Shown: one piece after another, positions 12,397 through 25,600 of the stretch
Position numbering within the stretch: the first letter of the stretch is position 1
Layout of the letters: the number at the start of each line of letters is the position of its first letter
NCBI GenBank assembly: GCA_051362555.1
Contig: CM120642.1
Location: forward strand, 2,976,001-3,040,000
Direction of reading: 5' to 3'
Length of the DNA stretch: 64,000 nt
Source: Lingula anatina
Lineage: Eukaryota; Animalia; Brachiopoda
Translations under genes and position numbers: made by a program
Notes under the pieces: generated by a model
What the model was told of the DNA's origin: nothing
The model's input: only the letters and a program-made list of their open reading frames with translations
Databases searched by the model: none

Positions 12397-13188
12397 CTTG
12401 TTTATACTTGTGTTCAATATTTACACAACAATCAGCAGAAACTTCCCAGTATTGTATGTGTCTGAATTTAAGATTGAAATGCAAATTCCAGCTGATCTCT
12501 TTTAAAGAGGAAACACAATTAACATTCTAGAAAGTTACATTCTAATAATGGCTAACTCTGAGCGTATGTCTGGCATAATTTATAAGAACTAAATAGTATA
12601 ATCAATCTGTCTAATTTGGGAAGCAAAAGAAGAGTACATCTTAAACATTTTACAATTTCTACTCCAACCCAAAAAGTATGATCAAATAGCTGACAACTAA
12701 TGTATCAACTAGTTTGAGTCCAGCTAGCATTACTTTTTACAAATTTTTTGAGCCAAAAATTGGTATTTGATACTTTGTGCAAAACTAGCCTTTAGGTCCT
12801 CTTGGTGATTTGATGAAAGAAGTATACATAACAGAGACAACCTAGACTAATTATGAAGTATGAAGTGTGAAGAATAATGTATGCATACATTCATGAAGAT
12901 GAATACTGGTAATTTCTCACTTGATCTGAACAAAATGAAATAGTAATTTCTCCCAAAATAATGTTTTGCTTATAACTCCTAAAAAACCCTACCATAAATT
13001 GGGACAAGTGACTTAATTTTGTATTGAACTGAATCCTTTCCATGAAAAGTAACTGCATAATATAAAACTTTTAAATCATAAACAAATTTGGAATAAAGAG
13101 GCATTTTGAAATACTTCAAGAGACTTTCCTGGAGAAAATCGTACAATATAAAAATGTACTAGTCCTTAGCTGTTGTGCCTATGAATAC

Positions 13189-13983
13189 TTATGCAAACTT
13201 AACATAACCTTTATAGGCAGATTTTACTGAACTATTCCTCATATTTGGTCTATCAAATGCGGGTACGCGCACATGCACTAAATTATTGGGAGCACCGTCA
13301 TAATGGCGTAAGGTTGCTTGTAAGTGATCTAATGGCGGCAACTGAAGTTCCTGTGAGGGTATAAATGCATGGTACCCCTCTGGACTGTTACGACTTGGCA
13401 ATCGCAGACTGCTTCCAGAGTGTGCTGTTTGCGCACGTAGATTTTGCGATGGATGTGTGTGTGCATTTGAATGATACCCACTATACTCCACATCTGGAAG
13501 GTTCCTCTTCTCTAAGTATATCCTGTGTGCAACAGATCCCTTGCAAATTTTGTCTCTTTTTTGTACGTACTTTTTCTTTAATATATGATCTTTGTGCTGT
13601 TCCAGAATCCCAGGTTCGTCAACTTTTAGACTCCCTGTAGATTCCATACTGGCCAATAAAGCCACTTCTTCTGGTAAGGTAGCATTGTACCTATTCAACA
13701 CTGAATTCTTGTCTAATACAGCACATGTAGGGCCCACGTATAGGTGCCCATATTTAGAACCTTTGGATTTTTGGCTAGGTGTCATAGGATTCGTTTTCCC
13801 CTCATCTGATTCGCTGTCTCTCTGTCCCTGACTTAATCGACTTGATGCGCGAGATTGCATTGCTTTCCGCAGTATATCACTGCAATTGTCCAAAGATGGT
13901 GTTTTCCTGGACTTTGGCACAGGTTTGGTGGCACTGATTCCAATTGGTTCAAAGTAGACATTGCCGTTGTAGCCTCTCCAGGC
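13189..13983 (-). CDS. Terminal coding exon of the uncharacterised gene
   Basis: atttcag|AWRGYNGNVYFEPIG…AYKGYVKFA*, 795 nt open. Confidence 0.88.
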   Translation of the reverse strand, partial: AWRGYNGNVYFEPIGISATKPVPKSRKTPSLDNCSDILRKAMQSRASSRLSQGQRDSESDEGKTNPMTPSQKSKGSKYGHLYVGPTCAVLDKNSVLNRYNATLPEEVALLASMESTGSLKVDEPGILEQHKDHILKKKYVQKRDKICKGSVAHRIYLEKRNLPDVEYSGYHSNAHTHPSQNLRAQTAHSGSSLRLPSRNSPEGYHAFIPSQELQLPPLDHLQATLRHYDGAPNNLVHVRVPAFDRPNMRNSSVKSAYKGYVKFA

Positions 13984-16900
13984 CTGAAATACAATGATAT
14001 CACAATGACTTAATGCATTCACAGATTTTCACAAAATCATCCAGATGAAATTCTGGCATCAATAAATTGTTTTAAAAGCAATGTCTTAAAAAATTAAGAA
14101 TTGTCAAACCCAATACAGATATTTACTGCTTTGTCTTTGAAATTTTAAATTACATTTAATATTGTGTCAAAAAATCACGAATAACATCAGTATTCGTGGC
14201 CCTTACTTTTAGAGGTTCCATGGGTGAAGGCCTGTTCTGTTCAACATAAAAAACTTTGGCGTACACAGGTGACCCAGACGGGGGGTTCTTTATTGACAAT
14301 AATGGCGTTTTTACTCTTCTGCGTTGACTTGTGGAGCATCGAGTGGTCATTAAAGACATGGCACGATTATAGTACCTCTCACGGAAGTGTGGAGCACAAC
14401 TGGTGGTGGCTCTGAAATTTGATGAAAAAAATTATATTTGTGTGCTGCATTATTTTTAATTTCTCTCTTTAATCTAATTCATGGATTGTCACTTTAAAGA
14501 TTTGGTGCAGCTATATGCATGTCTCCTCTTAATTGTCTCTTAAAAATCATAAGCAAACTAAAAACTGTTTTCTAAATCAACAATCTTCAGGACTAGAAAG
14601 GTGTCCTACAGTCTGTGAAATAGGACATGTGTTCATTGCTAGAAAATATTCCAATATGAATGCATATGCATTAAATACACTCATGAAACTTAACATTATA
14701 TTTGCTCTGCATTTTGCAGCATTTGTCTAAAAATCACACTAATACTTCCAACCCCAAAATGTACTAACCGTTGTTCCATTTTCATGACAGATTATAATCG
14801 CCTTAATAAAGAATATATCCAGTCTTTTAAAAATCATTTCTGAATCCAGTCCGATCATTCTCAAATATACAGCTTAACAGAAGTTGACTTTTGTCATCCT
14901 AGTAACCACCCTGCTCTCTCCCTTAACTTCCATGATGTTTAGAAAAGTCAACATGATATTATTGGTACAACAGTGAGTTACTTGACTTCACAAACTTAAC
15001 AGGCACAGCAGTGAATACGTTGACTTGACAAATACAGTCTAACCAATGAGATGGCTGTTAAGCTTCGTGTGTATATCCTAAGAGGCCATTAATTAGCCCG
15101 TAATGTTTTGATTGGGTCCCTGGCAAATATTGACTAGGCACTGGATATGTTTAGGCAGGGTGCCCTTTTTGGTACACTTAACAATTTGTGAGAGATTTAA
15201 TTACCTAAATCTACAAATTGTTTTATCTGTTTTTGTGCTATGTCAGTGAACAAACTACATGCATACACAAGAATCAAAACTACTTATGTTTGTATGTTTG
15301 TGTTGTTTAACAGAAAAAAAATATTAAAACATGTCCATTAAAGCCAGGGGTTATATAAATTCAACCTTACAATCAAACCAACCAAGTTTTTAGTTAATAT
15401 CGATTGCATTTTGCTTCAGTGACTTTTGATCTTAGACTAATTGTTTTCAACCCATTCATCTGCCAACATAACATTGGTCTAGGCATAAGCCAACTTGAAC
15501 TGACATGGTTGTAGGCATTTCTAGACATCTAACTGCTTGAAAATTATACTGTTAGTCTTACAGACTATTCTTTAATTCTAGTCTGATAGAATAAGAGAAG
15601 ATGGAAACTTCTTTATGACAAAAAATCACTAAAAAGCAAGAAACAAAAAAATGGTGAGCAGAATTCTTCTGTATGTGTCTGTCAGTATTCATAATGGGGA
15701 AAAATTTCCATTAAAAAAATTTGACGTGTAATAAAATGTAAGTTTCTATTTACAATGTCTCAAATGCTAAAATTTCTGATGACAACCTGGCCGCCACTGT
15801 ACAAATGGTTTCCACATGGCACTGCATTTTAGATTTTAATCTACTTACTCAGACTTACTTTATACATAAAATTAAATACTAAATATTAGTTTTCAACATA
15901 TATTTTTAAAGAAATATGATCTATAAAAATATAAATGTCTTACTTTGAGTTATGCCCTCCATTGTGAGAAATTCAGCAAAAAATATCCTCAGACAAAATA
16001 TTATAACAGTCGCCTACTGAGTCCACAGGTCCCTCTAGGGCACCACATAAACTTGCAACTGGATACCAAATCTTTACACGTTTTAATCTGCATTTTGATT
16101 ATAAGACATCAATAAGCAGAGCAAGAACAGGTTGAAACTGGATGACCTTTATTTTCAAGGTTTTGCAAATGTTGTATGCGATTACGAAAAGAGACTCGCT
16201 AGCTTGGAAAGGAAACAATACCAGACTTCACGCCGACTGCTGATCTTTTCATCTTTTATTGTAAATTTGCTGGGATACCTTTCAGTGATCACCCATCCAG
16301 GGATGCAGAGTTCAATATAATAATACAATTCCCGATTGATTAAATAAACATGACACCTGCATATTGCTGACTTTTTATAAAATGACCCAATTACAACCAC
16401 CTCTTACAACATAGGTGTTTAGTATTGTTTGGTGGCCTGAATGCACTTTCAATGCAATTTTCATGGACACTTTGATCTGAATTCATTCTTTGTTGGCAAA
16501 CTTTTCAGATTGTTAAGACTACAAATTAGGAAGAATGATAATACCTTGCTTGAGCCAAATTTTGCAGAATTACACAGAGTTATGACTGAAAACATAAAAA
16601 CTACACAGGAGGCTGGCATAATATGCCTTAAGATGGCAGCACTAACAACTTGGATACAGGTGTGAAAGCAGTCTGTGTGGTTCACACCAGAGGGCAGTAT
16701 GGTACAAGGTAGGCATGATAAGCATATCCTTATCTTATACTTAACCACACCATTATGGCTGTTACTACCAGACGTAATTCCTGTCATTTATCATTTTTTT
16801 AAAAATAAAAACCCTTCCGTTTATACATTTGCCCTTTTTCTTTTCCAATGTTAATTCAAAGACTAGTAGCAATGATTATAAACACTTATAAAATTTTACC

Positions 16901-19900
16901 TTGATTGTCTTGCTTCACTTTGTTGCACTTCATCCCATACATCGGCAGGGGTATTGGTTGTTGCTCGTAAAGCTGAATGCATAATGGCAGACTCATCATC
17001 AGCAGAATTGTCATTGTTGTCATGGAGACTGCCATCCCCAGGGGCTTCTGGGAAGACAGCATCAAAGTCATCTTCCTCAACTTTTTTTGAGATTTCTACC
17101 TCAAATTTTTTACTATCAAAATCTGGTTCTGTATCCTGCGTGATGTTCATAGATTGCATATTTTCCTGTACTTTTTTGTCTTCAGCCCCCACGGCATCTT
17201 CTGCATCATCTTTAATATTTGATTCAGCTTCAGCACCAGTAGTCTTTTCCTTGCCTTCTTCACCATCATCTTTGGCATCTTCATCTTCTGTATCAGTCAA
17301 ATCAGGACCATCTTCATCATCATTATAAATCCCTAAATCATGGTCGGCTAAGTCGTTCATATTTATGGAAATTTTCCTGACTGGAGGTTTCTCTTTTTCT
17401 TCTTCCATAACCTCCCCTTCCTCCTCTTTGCCTTCTTGTTTTATTTCTGTAATTTCTTCTTCCATGTCACTGGATTCTTGGTATTCTGGAATCGTTTGGT
17501 GCCTGAAAACACAAGTTATTCAAATTGAAAATGATTTTGTTATATCTCTCTATTTTAATAACCAATTCTTATGTAAGAATAATTAATACAGTCTTTAGGT
17601 TAATTTCATACCTTTCTGTATTTTTAAAGTTAATCACTAAATTAAGTTTTCATTGTAATAAACCAAGTCCAAAAATATTACTACTGTAATGTACATATGT
17701 AGCTAGTTAAGATGGTTATAAACAGTACCCTAGACATCTGTTCAGGGAGAGTATTCAATATGATCTAATACTTCACTTCAGTAAGTGTTTTAAATGGCAA
17801 TACATTTAATACAAGGCCTTATCTACTAAGTAAGCAATTAATTTCTTAAATACAACTTGAGCATCTTCCAAATTGAATGGCTAAAGAAAACTGCACACTA
17901 AGACACATTATTTTCTTATTCACTTGCCACATGACACTATCTAAAGTCAATAGTAACACTATTTATTGGTGGGTCATTAATTCTAGAGTGAAGTTAAATT
18001 AAATTGATATCACTGATAACATTGTGTACATGGCACTCGTGTAAACAAAACTAGTACTATATATGAAAGATGTTGTCAATTTGTGAAAAAAATCTTAAGT
18101 GTAAGCTGAGGGCAAAAAATATAATAGTTTGACTTTAAATAATTTTAATACTCCTATGCAACCCGAGGGCAAAAAACATAATATTTTGACTTTAAATAAT
18201 TTTAATGCTCCCGACTTATGTAAATGCTAAGAGAAACATGATTTTAAGTAATCCCATTTGGTGCAAAAAACCACGACTAACCTTGCTTGGTGTAAACTCT
18301 TAGTCTGTTTCTATCATGTCATCACAAATTAAAAGATATCAGCTCACCTTTCTCTCATGTTTTCAAATAATGCACTGAATATAATTATCATACTAGCAGT
18401 ATCATAACAAGGCAGCAAAGCTGTCAAATGTACAGACAAAAAACAGGAAATAACTATGCACAAAATAGGCTACTGTCAATTCTGATGCAAAAATACATTA
18501 TGTTAAACTGCAAATTCAACATCAAATTTTAATTATCCTCAACAGGTAATACCAATGTAATTAAAATATGTGACAAGTTTACACTTTGAAAATGTATAAC
18601 TTCCAGAAAAAGAAGTCACTTAGACTGCTTTTCCAACTCAGACTGCATTTTAGTCCTGTATTTCTTTTTTGAAAGTTTGGCAATAATAAGTAACAAGGTT
18701 TTCCCATAATGGTCATCATGGCAGCAGCACCCAAAATTGTGTTTTCTTCTATTCTGATGCAATATTACATAATGGTTAACAGCATAATGACCGTCAATTT
18801 TTAATAATAAAATATACGTATCATGGATTTTCAGAAAATGTGACTAGCATGGGTCTTCAAGCCCGTGGAACTTCAAAGTCACACCTTAAAAATACCAATA
18901 TGTGAAAAATTTTCACAAAATAACTGTTTAACTGGCAGTAAGAATTACCAAACAGACTGTATTTCCTACTGAAGCTGTATTTTAGTCCCATGTTTCTTTC
19001 CTGTAAGTTTGAGAACAGTAAATGACATGGTTTTTCTTAAATGGTCATCATTGGAGCAGTGCCCAAAATAGTTTTTTTTTTTTTTTCAAATTTTGATGCA
19101 ATATTACATAATGTTTAACAGCATAATGACCATCAACTTTAATAATAAAATATTAGTATTATGGATATTCAGAAAATGTGACTAGCAAAGGTCTTCAGGC
19201 CCATGGAAATTCAAAGTCACAACTTGAAAATGCCAAAATGTAAACAAGACAGCACTGTTCTGAAATGTTTTTTTTTCCCATTTTTAACAATTTTTAACAT
19301 AAAACAAAATTAACAGTTTTCTGCCGTTTTTATATGATCAACTAAGAAAATTGATGAGATGGGAAAAATATCAACAGAGCAGTGTTAAATGTCCAATCTC
19401 TTCCATTCTGAGATTCTGAACATAGTGAATGATTGAATCTGACAAACTGCAATGATATGAGTTTATTTCCATTTTTGAAACTTTATTACACAATAAACGA
19501 TAACAAGTTTACCATCATTTTTACATAATCAACTAATAATGTTGTAAAATTGCAGGAAATGCCAAACAAACACTTTTACGTTTCTTATTAGTTCAATAAT
19601 GAAACTGTTTACATGCCTAAGAATTGAATCTGAGGAAATGTGAAAAAACTGCATTTCTTTAAAATAATGGCCCGATTATGCTGATTTTTGAACTCAACCT
19701 GCGTTTTAGCAGGAATGACCACTCCTGTGAGTTTAATGACAATTGGCCTATCTGTTTTTCTTATATTGTGTTAACAGTGTTGCATATATGCTGAAAAGTG
19801 AAAAAAAAAAGCATAACTTCTACATTAATGGCCCGATCATGCTGATTTTCGAACTTGACCTGCATTTTATGAATATTCATCAGCCCTGTAAATATACAGC

Positions 19901-22042
19901 CAAAAAGTAAAACTGCCTTCCACTTATCGTGTTTACAATGAAAGTGCATGGCGCCGGCGACAGCGACAGTGACAGCAACGACGGCGACGACAGACGCAGG
20001 TGATGGCAATATGTACAGACACATCTGTACATATCAACTGTACTGTTTGAGAACAGTAAGTGACATGGTTTTTCTTAAATGGTCATCATGGGAGCAGTGC
20101 CCAAAATAGGTTTTTTTCAAATTTTGATGCAATATTACATAATGTTTAACAGCATAATGATCATCAATTTTTAATAATAAAATATTAGTATCATGGACAA
20201 ATAGTAAACGTGACTAACAAAGGTTTTTAGGCCGATGGAACTTCAAAGTCACGACTTAAAGATGCCAAAATGTAAACAAGACTGCACTGTTCTGAAATGG
20301 GTTTATTTCCATTTTTAACACTTTTTTAACATAAAACAAAATTAAAAGGTTACTGCCATTTTTATAAGATCAACTAAGAAAATTGATGAGATGTGAAAAA
20401 TATCAATAGAACAGTGTTAAATGTCCAATTTCTTCCATTCTGAGATTCTGAACATAGTGAATGATTGAATCTGACAAACTGCAATGATATGAGTTTATTT
20501 CCATTTTTGACACTTTATTACACAATACACGATAACAAGTTTACCATCATTTTTACATAATCAACTAACAATGTTGTAAAGATGCAGGAAATGTCAAACA
20601 AACACTTTTACATATCTTATTACTTAAATAATAAGGCTATTAACATGCCTTAGAATTAAATCTGAGGAAATCTGAAGAAATGTGAAAAAACAGCATAACT
20701 TCTAAAATAATGCCCCGATTATGCTGATTTTCGAACTCAACCTGCGTTTTAGTAAGACTGACCATTCCTGTGAGTTTCATGACAATAGGCCTAACGGTTT
20801 TCCTTAAAATGTGTTTACAAGGTTGCATATATGCTGAAAAGTGAAAAAACAGCATAACTTCTACAGTAATGGCCCAATCATGCTGATTTTCGAACTTGAC
20901 CTGCGTTTTATGAATATTCATCAGCTCTGTAAATATAAAGCCAAAAAGTAAAACTGCCTTCCACTTATCGTGTTTACAAGGAAAGTGCACGGCGACGGCA
21001 TCGGCATCGGCATCGGCATCGCCATCGGCATCGGCATCGGCATCGGCGACGACAGACGCAGGTGATGGCAATATGTACAGACACATCTGTGTCTGTACAT
21101 AAAAATGAAAATTTGATAAGATGATTTAGGGAAATCAGTTCAATACTTGCTTAGTGCCCTAGTGTTTTGTCTGCAGAATGTTCCTCAGTTGTCTTCATCT
21201 AATTCATGTGGAGTTTGGAGTGAGTCAATTCCTTTTTTTTTTACCAGATAATTACATTAGAAAAATGATATAAATCCTGTATGAAAACCTGTAGATGTCC
21301 TTTTCTTGTCAGCCTTTCATGAGACACTATCACACAAAAGCTTCCCTAATACCCTACATTACTTTTATTGACGTGAGCATTTCCTCTATTTCTCTCATTT
21401 CCGTATTATGTACAAAAGAATGAAATAATAAAAACCCATTTCATTTAAATTCATTTCAATTACTGATTGTTGCATATATCCTTTGAAAAAAAAGAACACT
21501 GTGAAAAACTCTTTGTTCTGGACCAAACACAGGCAACAATTTTTTCATCCATTATTGATCAGTGCAAAAGATCAAATGAAATCAGGGGCGTAATAATGAA
21601 TTCATTTAGTCCTTTCACCAACTCAGGGTCAATAGTTAAGTGGCTTTAGAATAAAAGATCTTTGATTTAATACAGTAACCTGCAACCTGTAACTTTGGAG
21701 ATTAATAGTGTAGAAATGATGCCATTACATGGTGTACAAAGCTCACAATGGGAACAGAATTTTTTTGATTTCTATCCAGCTTCAATAATGTGATCAGAAT
21801 TACAAAAAAAAAAAATCTACCTATAAATATTAACTGAATATAAAAAAGAAATAATACAAAAACAACTTCAAATAAAATATCTTTCAAAGAAAAATAAAAT
21901 AAAATAACAGCCAGATAATTTTAATTAATGCAATTAAAATTCCATGTATTACCAGAGTTATTTACCTCAATGTCTTTAAATAAACCTTATCCAACTGAGA
22001 CATTTTTCTTTCTCTCATTTTGTAAGATAAGTTGTTCTGCAT
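13189..22042 (-). CDS. Uncharacterised ~568-aa protein with a highly acidic low-complexity region and a basic Ser-rich C-terminus (5 predicted coding exons)
   Basis: Exons 22042-21966, 18374-18348, 17502-16900, 14411-14207 and 13983-13189 have canonical splice sites and intron phases 2,2,2,0, giving 1707 nt open to TAA. The start codon and 5' exons are uncertain. Confidence 0.7.
14207..14411 (-). CDS. Internal exon of the uncharacterised gene
   Basis: tttcag|A ATTSCAPHFRERYYNRAMSL…RPSPMEPLK|gtaagg; phases fit both neighbours. Confidence 0.85.
16900..17502 (-). CDS. Internal acidic (E/D-rich) exon of the uncharacterised gene
   Basis: ttttcag|G HQTIPEYQESSDMEEEITE…VWDEVQQSEARQS AG|gtaaaa, 603 nt. 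Confidence 0.87.
18108..18212 (+). repeat. ~57-bp tandem duplication
   Basis: gagggcaaaaaa…ataata.tttgactttaaataattttaat.ctcc present twice. Confidence 0.8.
18348..18374 (-). CDS. 27-nt symmetric (phase 2-2) microexon encoding (S)ALFENMRE(R)
   Basis: tattcag|T GCA TTA TTT GAA AAC ATG AGA GAA AG|gtgagc; preserves the frame. Confidence 0.6.
18406..21105 (-). mobile_element. Non-autonomous Helentron/DINE-1-like (HINE-type) element, 2.7 kb, with an internal ~1.04-kb tandem duplication
   Basis: Minus-strand start TTTTT followed by a 13-bp hairpin (atgtacagacaca-tc-tgtgtctgtacat, 21073-21100) and a (GATGCC)n microsatellite. Internal ~160-bp repeats. The far end has a matching subterminal IR atgtacagaca (18428-18438) next to a short hairpin ggcagc-aaa-gctgtc. 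Units 19007-20030 and 20045-21090 are duplicates. Confidence 0.75.
21966..22042 (-). CDS. Putative first coding segment MQNNLSYKMRERKMSQLDKVYLKTL
   Basis: Open frame ending at gag|gtaaat in phase 2; in-frame stop upstream; candidate acceptors near 22066 and 22113. Confidence 0.5.
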
Positions 22043-22557
22043 CAGAAACTCCAGTTTTTTCTCTTCTGACAAAGTTTAAGCACTGTAGCTAACTTCTTAG
22101 TTAATGTAAGGTCTGCATGTATAAGTAATACTTCCTTATTTTGTCCAAATTTTAATGGAAATTAAGCCAAAATCACTCAACTAAATAAGACACAACACAA
22201 TCTGTGGTAGATATATTGTCGTGTAACTATGGAGAAACAGGTGCGAATTCTAGAACAGCTGATGAATTGTTTAAATATAAGCTAACAGAGAGATTAAAGG
22301 TAATATGTTCCTTTGAGCATGGTCTAATCTGGCACAAAGAAACTGTATAACTTAACAAATCAGAAACTATTTTGTATCATACCTGTGGTAATAATAACAT
22401 AACATTTTACAGTACATTATAAATTTAATTTTTGTTTTTTTTAATTATAGGGTTATGCATTCAAACATTTTATAAAATTCAATTATAATCATTCTGAATA
22501 AGATGAGAGCATTACTTAAAATACTTATTAAGTAATGATTGAAAGAAACGAACTTAC

Positions 22558-22605
22558 CTAATACTAACACTGGAACGTGGTCTACATCTTAGATATTCTG
22601 AGATT
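22558..22605 (-). other. Candidate 48-nt exon (5' UTR, or alternative phase 2-2 coding exon ISEYLRCRPRSSVSI)
   Basis: ctattctttttccag| … tattag|gtaagtt, strong splice sites. Confidence 0.5.
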
Positions 22606-25600
22606 CTGGAAAAAGAATAGACAAACATTTTGACAATGAAAATGGACACTTTTTCTTGAGAGATTTACTTTTGCCCACTTCATTCCACTCCTGTTAAAGT
22701 TTGAAGTGATTTTGTGGGAAAAATGGTCAGGGTAAGGGGCACAAAGAACATGGACTTGAACAAAGCAAAAGAAAAATATAAACAAAGAGTGCATGCCATT
22801 GCACAATACATTACGTTTCACTTCACCCCACCCGTGACCGAAGTTGCAACGTCCAGCAGTGGCCATTCTATTACTTTCAATTGCAATTTCTACCAAATTA
22901 AAGATACTTATCATAAACAAATTTTCCACTTTATAAAAGAGAAACTTTCGATACATTAAAACCTAATTTAAAGCACGAAAAACATAAAAATCCCTATGGT
23001 ATTTTTTAATGAAGTAATTTTTAATGATTACAAATTCTGATAAAGTTATTAAAGGTAGTTACTGTAGCCCCCCAGGTCGCGGTGACAGGTATGTTATTTA
23101 CTGAGTTAAGCAAATTACAGGTACAGGTATCATGGTGATATAGTAAACACAGAGAGTTACTGAATACATTTTTCTTGTTGCTACCTGTTATTATGTGTCT
23201 AACCTTTACACATTATAAAATGGGAATAATATTTATATTAATCACAAACTGTATCTTAACCCCATAGAAATTTGGTGACTGTTTTTCTAAAGCTGAAAAA
23301 ATTGTTCTTATATTGTATGTGAAGGAAAAGAAGAATTTATGCTTACATGGTTACGTACTACATTCATGATTCTTCATAAAATAAACCTAACACTTTCTCA
23401 TCTGCAAAAAGTGCAAGTTTTGTTGATAAATTGTGAACTTTTATATTGATCAACTGTTCATCTTTGTAAAATAAACATCTATTACAAACACCTGAATTCT
23501 GAAGATGAACAAAGAATGGCATTCAGTGTCAACATTTTTTTCATAACCTTTTGGTACCTAATTATTACAGAAAGAATAAAGAGCTAGCTTAAATTGTGGT
23601 TCACTCATATTTGCTTAATCTACATCAAACTTGTGTCATTTAATTTGCTAGATTACTCCAGCGGGTTCTATTCATGATTTTCAACTTTTCAGATGAATAA
23701 AAAATATTTGCTTTTATTCTAATTGATTTGTGGAAGTACGTCCCGTGATTAAAAGTAGGTGGTTGTTAGGGACGCAGAGCTTACTTCTCTTCGTTTTGTT
23801 TGATATTGATTCCTACAATAAATATCCTTTAAAACTCTGTGTCATTTGCTAAGTTAGTAGGTTTGAAATAAAACATTACACGACTTCAATTAACTATAAA
23901 AACATCAATGGGAACTATATATAGAGCTACAAGAAAACTATTGACTGTTTCACTCAATACATAGAGACTTATTACATACATATAATGATACAAAGACCTT
24001 AATGTTCTCCCATTACCAAGATATACTTCAACAGAAAGCTACCACAATACTTTAACTGATCAAATTGTATTTGATGTCATTCTGATAACTTTAAGTCTAC
24101 TTTTCTTTATCAAAAAAAAAAAAAAAAAAATCATTTCATTTGAAACAGGAAAAGGGAATCTCTTTTGAACAAATTTTAATGACTGATTAGAGATTTTCAA
24201 CAAGACAATATTAAGGCTTACACAGTTACATAAAAATTCATTTTTTTTTTGGTCTGAGAGTTTCAGTAAAAATTTTTATCCCTTCTGTGTCTGTGTTAAT
24301 TGGTAACCAAGGATTTAAAACCCAATAGCTTATTCATAATAAACCTTGTTTCTCCTGTATAGACACATAAAGACAGAAAAAACAAAAACATTCCCCAAAG
24401 GATAGAAATCAAATGGTTATTTGAAATGAAAACAGAAAAGTTTACAAGGCTGAGTTTTTAGTGTAATCTTACTTCGTAACTTCTGTGCAGCAAAGGGACG
24501 TCAAGTATCAAATTTCTCAACTTTCAAGGGTAAATCGGTCATTTGACCTTAGAGCCATTGATTCCCTTGTTGAACCACAGTCTGGATGTATTTATAAATC
24601 AAATGGTGTTCAAAGGCTATGAAACAGGAGACCACTTTGTACAAACTGTGCAGAAACAAACAGAGCAGAAAGCGTGTTGCAATAAATGGTAAAAGGGAGG
24701 CCATATTTTAATATGATAATAATGATAATAATGCTCTTATGACACTGTCTTGAAATGGCATAAAAATGGCATAAAAGGCAATTAAAAATATGTACTATTA
24801 AATATTAAATAAAAGACATTCTGGTTGAGTTTTAATAAAAAGGACAATAAAAAAGAAATGTCAACAATAACATTAACTACATAACAAACAACTGATGAAA
24901 TGAATTCATACTCAAAAATTAGAATCACACAACTTTCCAAGGCAAATTGATTTAATCTATTAAGTTTAAACAAAAACAAATACTAGAAACACAAGCATGG
25001 TCACTGAAAACAATCAAACAACAACCCGTAACTAATTAACAAATGATATTTACCCAGGGTGAAAAAAACACCACTATATACAGACCTAAACCTGTCCATT
25101 CCGTCTGGCCTTCTAGATCTAATGCCTTTAAAGTATTTTGCCTCACATTTTCAAATTTAATTTAACTCAATTTCATCAAAACTCTGAACTTACCTATATC
25201 ACAATAACCGACAACAAGCATTAAGAGATCCAAGTAATAGCTCTATTACATGGTTATAGATTGAGCAATCTGGGTCTGTATAATCTTCAGTATTGGAGTA
25301 ACAGACCTATTTACCATGGGTAACATATCTCAGTTACAATGTGCCCCACTTTTCAAACAAGTGAGCAAACAAGTTCAGCCATGCAGTGATCAAAGTACTA
25401 ACATCAATCACAGCAATGTGACACAGATATCCAAGTTCAGATTTAAAAGCAGGAGTTAAGTTGTGTACCCTCTTCCAGGGCTGCCGATTAATTATGTGCA
25501 TTTTTCTTCAACATCAGAGAATCGTGTCATGAATTAGCCAGAGAAAAATCTGTGAATAGTGAGTGAAAAAAAAAAAAACAATCTGAGACCCTGAGAGAGG

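Noticed and set aside
14154-14206. Possible donor at 14154 extending the minus-strand exon
   Set aside because: In-frame TAA at 14156-14158; the donor at 14207 gives the correct phase.
16954-17586. Ser-rich plus-strand ORFs
   Set aside because: Antisense shadow of the E/D-rich exon (GAA/GAT codons read as TTC/TCA/TCT).
18560-20900. CRISPR-like reading of the regularly spaced repeats
   Set aside because: Eukaryotic context, repeat units are long and diverged, there are no unique spacers and no cas genes.
19761-21086. Paralogous ORFs 19761-20024 and 20640-21086 (MCLYILPSPASVVA…, with DADADA or VAVAVT repeats)
   Set aside because: They are translations of the duplicated Helentron terminus and its microsatellite; the two copies shift frame relative to each other.
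21150-21240. Possible alternative terminal exon KGIDSLQTPHELDEDN* on the minus strand
   Set aside because: No clear phase-compatible acceptor; too short to support.
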